From contig JAGIQG010000008.1 in the NCBI GenBank assembly GCA_024679065.1, positions 68,200,001 to 68,264,000 on the forward strand: 64,000 bases of DNA, written 5' to 3'. Source of the stretch: Sphyrna mokarran. Taxonomy: Eukaryota. Below the pieces are notes generated by a model. That model saw nothing but the letters and a program-made list of their open reading frames with translations, was not told where the DNA came from and made no database searches. The translations under genes were made by a program, and so were the position numbers. Of the stretch, positions 62,341 through 64,000 are shown piece after piece; position 1 is the first letter of the stretch, and each line of letters opens with the position of its first letter.

Positions 62341-63104
62341 TGTTTTAAAAAAAAGGTAGTTGTCTTCTCCTCCTCCTGACTACACTCCCCTTAAGTTAGA
62401 AATGTTGAGCTGCCCATTGCTGGATCAATCGGAGTTTGGAAAAAAATGGGCAATACAATTCCGTTGGGACCATTTTCGTGGGCAGCCATTAACTAAAAAC
62501 TTTGGGCCAATATCTTCTTGTTCTTTATAATCATAGAGGCACCTCAGGTCTCACTTTTGTGAAAAACATGCCTAAAGTTCCACTTCATAACTGTAACCCT
62601 TCATTCTTTGTTTTTTCCGGCTGATTTGCTATTTAGTTACTACTATCATGCAATGTTTGTTTATATTTTGAAGATTTCTTCATTTATTTTCTGTTACCAA
62701 CTGTATTTTTTAAAAATCTTGTCATAATCTTGAGGCAGAAGGGGGGAAGATGAGTTAATATAGTGCTGTTCATTTAATAGGTTCAAACTTGTCAGCCTTC
62801 CACGTAATCTTATCAAGCATTAAAAACATAATAAAAGTGTGTAATGCAGAAGCCACTTATCCCATTGATTTGGCTCATGCAGCAGTAAAATTAATCGATT
62901 CACTCTGATCTTCCACAATATTAACTTAATTACAGGGCAGGGTAACCACAGTTGAAAATCTTGAAACCTCACCTCACTCCTGGAGACCGTTGTGCCTCGA
63001 GACACAGAAATCCTGTCATTGGAGCAATTGGCTTTAGAAACTTTATTGAGGAACACTGCAGGATGCAGAAAGAGTAAATATTTACCTCAATTTCAGTACT
63101 ATCT

Positions 63105-63210
63105 TGTTCAGTCTGTTCTGTTCCATTCTGTTCAGTTCCATCCTTTTCCAACAAATAAGTCTGTTCTGATCCAGCACGAAGCCTGTTCTGTTCTGTTCCA
63201 AATTTGTTCT
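63105..63210. repeat. Degenerate (TGTTC)n simple repeat
   Basis: tgttcagtctgttctgttccattctgttc...tgttctgttctgttcc. Confidence 0.7.
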
Positions 63211-63564
63211 CACAGTCAGTGGCTATACTATTTTTATATCTAATTAGGCAGAAAGCCATTGCGTTATTCCATAAGTCCCATATACAATGATTATCTGCTT
63301 ATACAAAACTAAATTCCACAAAATTGAACCAAGATGAGACAGGGTAGTAGGCAGACTCAAATACTCATCCTGTCACTGCAGTATCAACAAAGTCACTACT
63401 TCACGTAGTAATAGAAACAGCTTTTTTGTGGGCTAAAAGTAATTTGCACCATAGGCTAAGAAAAAAACTAGAAATGTATCAATACGCTGTCCTTTGCAAC
63501 AGGATTGGTGATTCTACAACAATCATCCATAATAGTGAAATGTTAAGGAGTGGTGACCTGTAAG

Positions 63565-64000
63565 TATAGGAAGAGGCATTGGAGAGGGTACAGAGGAGGT
63601 TTACCAGATGTTGCCTGGTATGGAGGGCAGGTCTTATGAGGAGAGGCTGAGGGATTTGAGGTTGTTTTCGTTAGAAAGGAGGCGGCTAAGAGGAGACCTT
63701 ATCAAAACATATAAGATGATTAGAGGTTTAGATAGGGTGGACAGTGATAGCCTTTTTCCTAGTTTGGAGAAAGCTAGCACGAGGGGACACAGCTTTAAAT
63801 TAAGGGGTGATAGTTATAGGACGGATATCAGAGGTAGGTTCTTTACCCAGAGTGTGGTTAGGGAGTGGAATGCCCTGCCTGCGGCAGTTGTAGATGCGCC
63901 AAGTTTGGTGGCGTTTAAGAGGTTAGTTGATGAGTTTATGGAAGAGAAGGGAATGGTTTAGTTTGGAGGGTCATTGCTTTTTTCATAATTGGTCGGCGCA
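63565..64000 (+). mobile_element. Young CR1 3' end (runs off the window)
   Basis: ORF 63608-63961 is near-identical to 32879-33271 and 56421-56801. Confidence 0.93.

Noticed and set aside
1-64000. CRISPR array or prokaryotic operon/defence system
   Set aside because: No regularly spaced repeat-spacer array or dense gene organisation; the sequence is eukaryotic and intron-like.

Overview
AT-rich, repeat-dense vertebrate DNA, most likely from a cartilaginous fish (shark), inferred from HE1/V-SINE-like and DeuSINE-like SINEs plus abundant CR1 LINEs. The only host coding sequence I recognise is one 101-bp + strand exon (11024-11124) encoding the lipoyl-lysine region of PDHX (pyruvate dehydrogenase complex component X). 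The rest of the window therefore appears to be intronic, and I did not see the neighbouring exons. The recognisable ORF-track entries are retroelement fragments (CR1, a CR1/L2-type family, Rex1/Babar, RTE, Penelope GIY-YIG). Most notable: (1) a ~300-bp element that starts with the U2 snRNA 5' end, carries a second U2 fragment and three hairpins, and is flanked by a 9-bp direct repeat (candidate U2-derived SINE); (2) CR1 families whose long 3' UTR contains a splice-acceptor-like site and an embedded V-SINE; (3) a series of Penelope-type mini-insertions, several forming long hairpins, one with minimal hammerhead ribozyme motifs on both strands; (4) a four-level nested retroelement stack. All repeat family names come from recalled consensus features, not a database search. 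Repeat boundaries are approximate unless a target-site duplication (TSD) is cited.
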